Shown one piece after another: positions 62,800-64,000 of a stretch of DNA of 64,000 nt. Made by a program: the position numbers and the translations under genes. The notes beneath the pieces were generated by a model. That model worked only from the letters and a program-made list of their open reading frames with translations, had not been told where the DNA came from and did not search any database. This DNA is from the human T2T-CHM13v2.0 reference genome, Homo sapiens: assembly GCF_009914755.1 (NCBI RefSeq), contig NC_060930.1; one strand, written 5' to 3'. How positions within the stretch are numbered: position 1 is the stretch's first letter; every line of letters starts with the position of its first letter.

Positions 62800-63628
62800 T
62801 AAATACAGCCCTTTGTTACCATTATCAGGAGAGCTTGTCTCCATGGTGCCAAATGTGGCATCGTGAGTTTAGAGTTAAGAGGTGGAGGTACCTGTATATG
62901 AAGTTTAAAATAAATCATTAAACCATGAGCCCAAGCCCTAGCTTTGAATAATTAGGGAATGTAGCCTGTAATTCTGAACTGATGGAAGGCAGTGAGATAT
63001 ATAGACACATGCCAATTTGAGGGACTTTTTTAGGCAAATGGAGTATTGAACGCTGGAATCATTAGTTATGTGTTCCCTCCTCAATAGTAGAGGCAGGAGA
63101 AAAAGAATGAGGCACCAGAACTAGATCAGCAGGGCATCAGGAATAGTCGGACTTCTGCACTTTCTTGGACTTGAAGCCACAAGATGCCTTTTGTCTTTAA
63201 AGCAGCTGAGTTTGTCCAGGGTTAGCTGCTTCTAGATTTATGGCCTGGGACCCTGTCTTCCCAGCTACTCCTTCATCCTTGTTTTAATTTATAGACTTAG
63301 TTCAGTTTTGTTATTCTACCTCTTATGATTTAGGTATTTGACCACTAAGTAGTATCAAAGAACTTACAAGCATCATTTTATTATAACTTGTTCATCTTGA
63401 ATGAAGTGATGTTATGGGTAATTGGCTTAATTATTTTAATGTTTTTCTGACTAAGAGAAAAATGAAGTCATCTTTAAGATTGGATTTGTATCCACAGTGT
63501 TGCTTTATAATTCATCCTGAATTTTTATCTGATTAAAATCCCTCCTGGGCTAATTTTTTTTACGTGATTTAGACTGCTGTGGTACCACTGCTAAATGAGG
63601 TAAGCCAATTGTCAGATGTATTTAATAA

Positions 63629-63763
<135 letters not shown>

Positions 63764-63854
63764 TGAAGAAGTGAGATGGGATTGTAACATTTTTTGAGGG
63801 AATAGATTTAAGATAAAAGAAAAACAACTTATTTTCCAATAGGTAGTTAAGTAA

Positions 63855-63960
63855 GGAAACCCAGGTTCTGATCTTTGCTCTGCCACAAACTAGCTGTGGC
63901 TTTGGAAAGGTCACTTTACTGGCTGAGTCTCCATTTTCTCATCTGTGAAAAGAGATGACT
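63855..63960 (+). mobile_element. MIR fragment
   Basis: ctctgccacaaactagctgtggctttggaaaggtcactt...ttttctcatctgtgaaa. Confidence 0.65.
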
Positions 63961-64000
63961 CAAGACCTCAAGAAACGATTTCCTGGTTTCCTTTCAGTGT

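Overview
Primate (human-like) genomic DNA containing the 5' part of ENPP1 (ectonucleotide pyrophosphatase/phosphodiesterase 1) on the + strand. It includes about 12.9 kb of repeat-rich upstream sequence, a CpG-island promoter, and coding exons 1-7 (12978-63733; codons 1-265). These exons encode the cytoplasmic tail, TM helix, two somatomedin-B domains and the start of the catalytic domain including Asp218 and Thr256. The gene continues past the window end. Exon 4 carries the Q173 (K121Q) allele. The 39.5 kb intron 1 holds three retrocopies within about 9 kb: SELENOK (-), a tailless 7SK (+) and LRRC8B (-). It also holds a nested ERV1-type proviral remnant and many Alus, including two closely spaced inverted pairs. 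Intron 6 holds a 5'-inverted L1PA2-like element with an 18-bp TSD. Main leads: (1) a 27-nt stop-containing candidate microexon 54 nt before exon 7 that resembles the start of exon 7; (2) a re-spliceable CAAG|GTGAGA junction at exon 5; (3) a SELENOK retrocopy whose only frame lesion is the length of an A-run; (4) an antisense LRRC8B copy inside the cGAMP-hydrolase gene; (5) a palindromic TACGTG cluster in the promoter. Gene and repeat names come from recognition of the sequence, not from searches, so repeat subfamilies and boundaries are approximate. None of the leads is shown to be functional by sequence alone.
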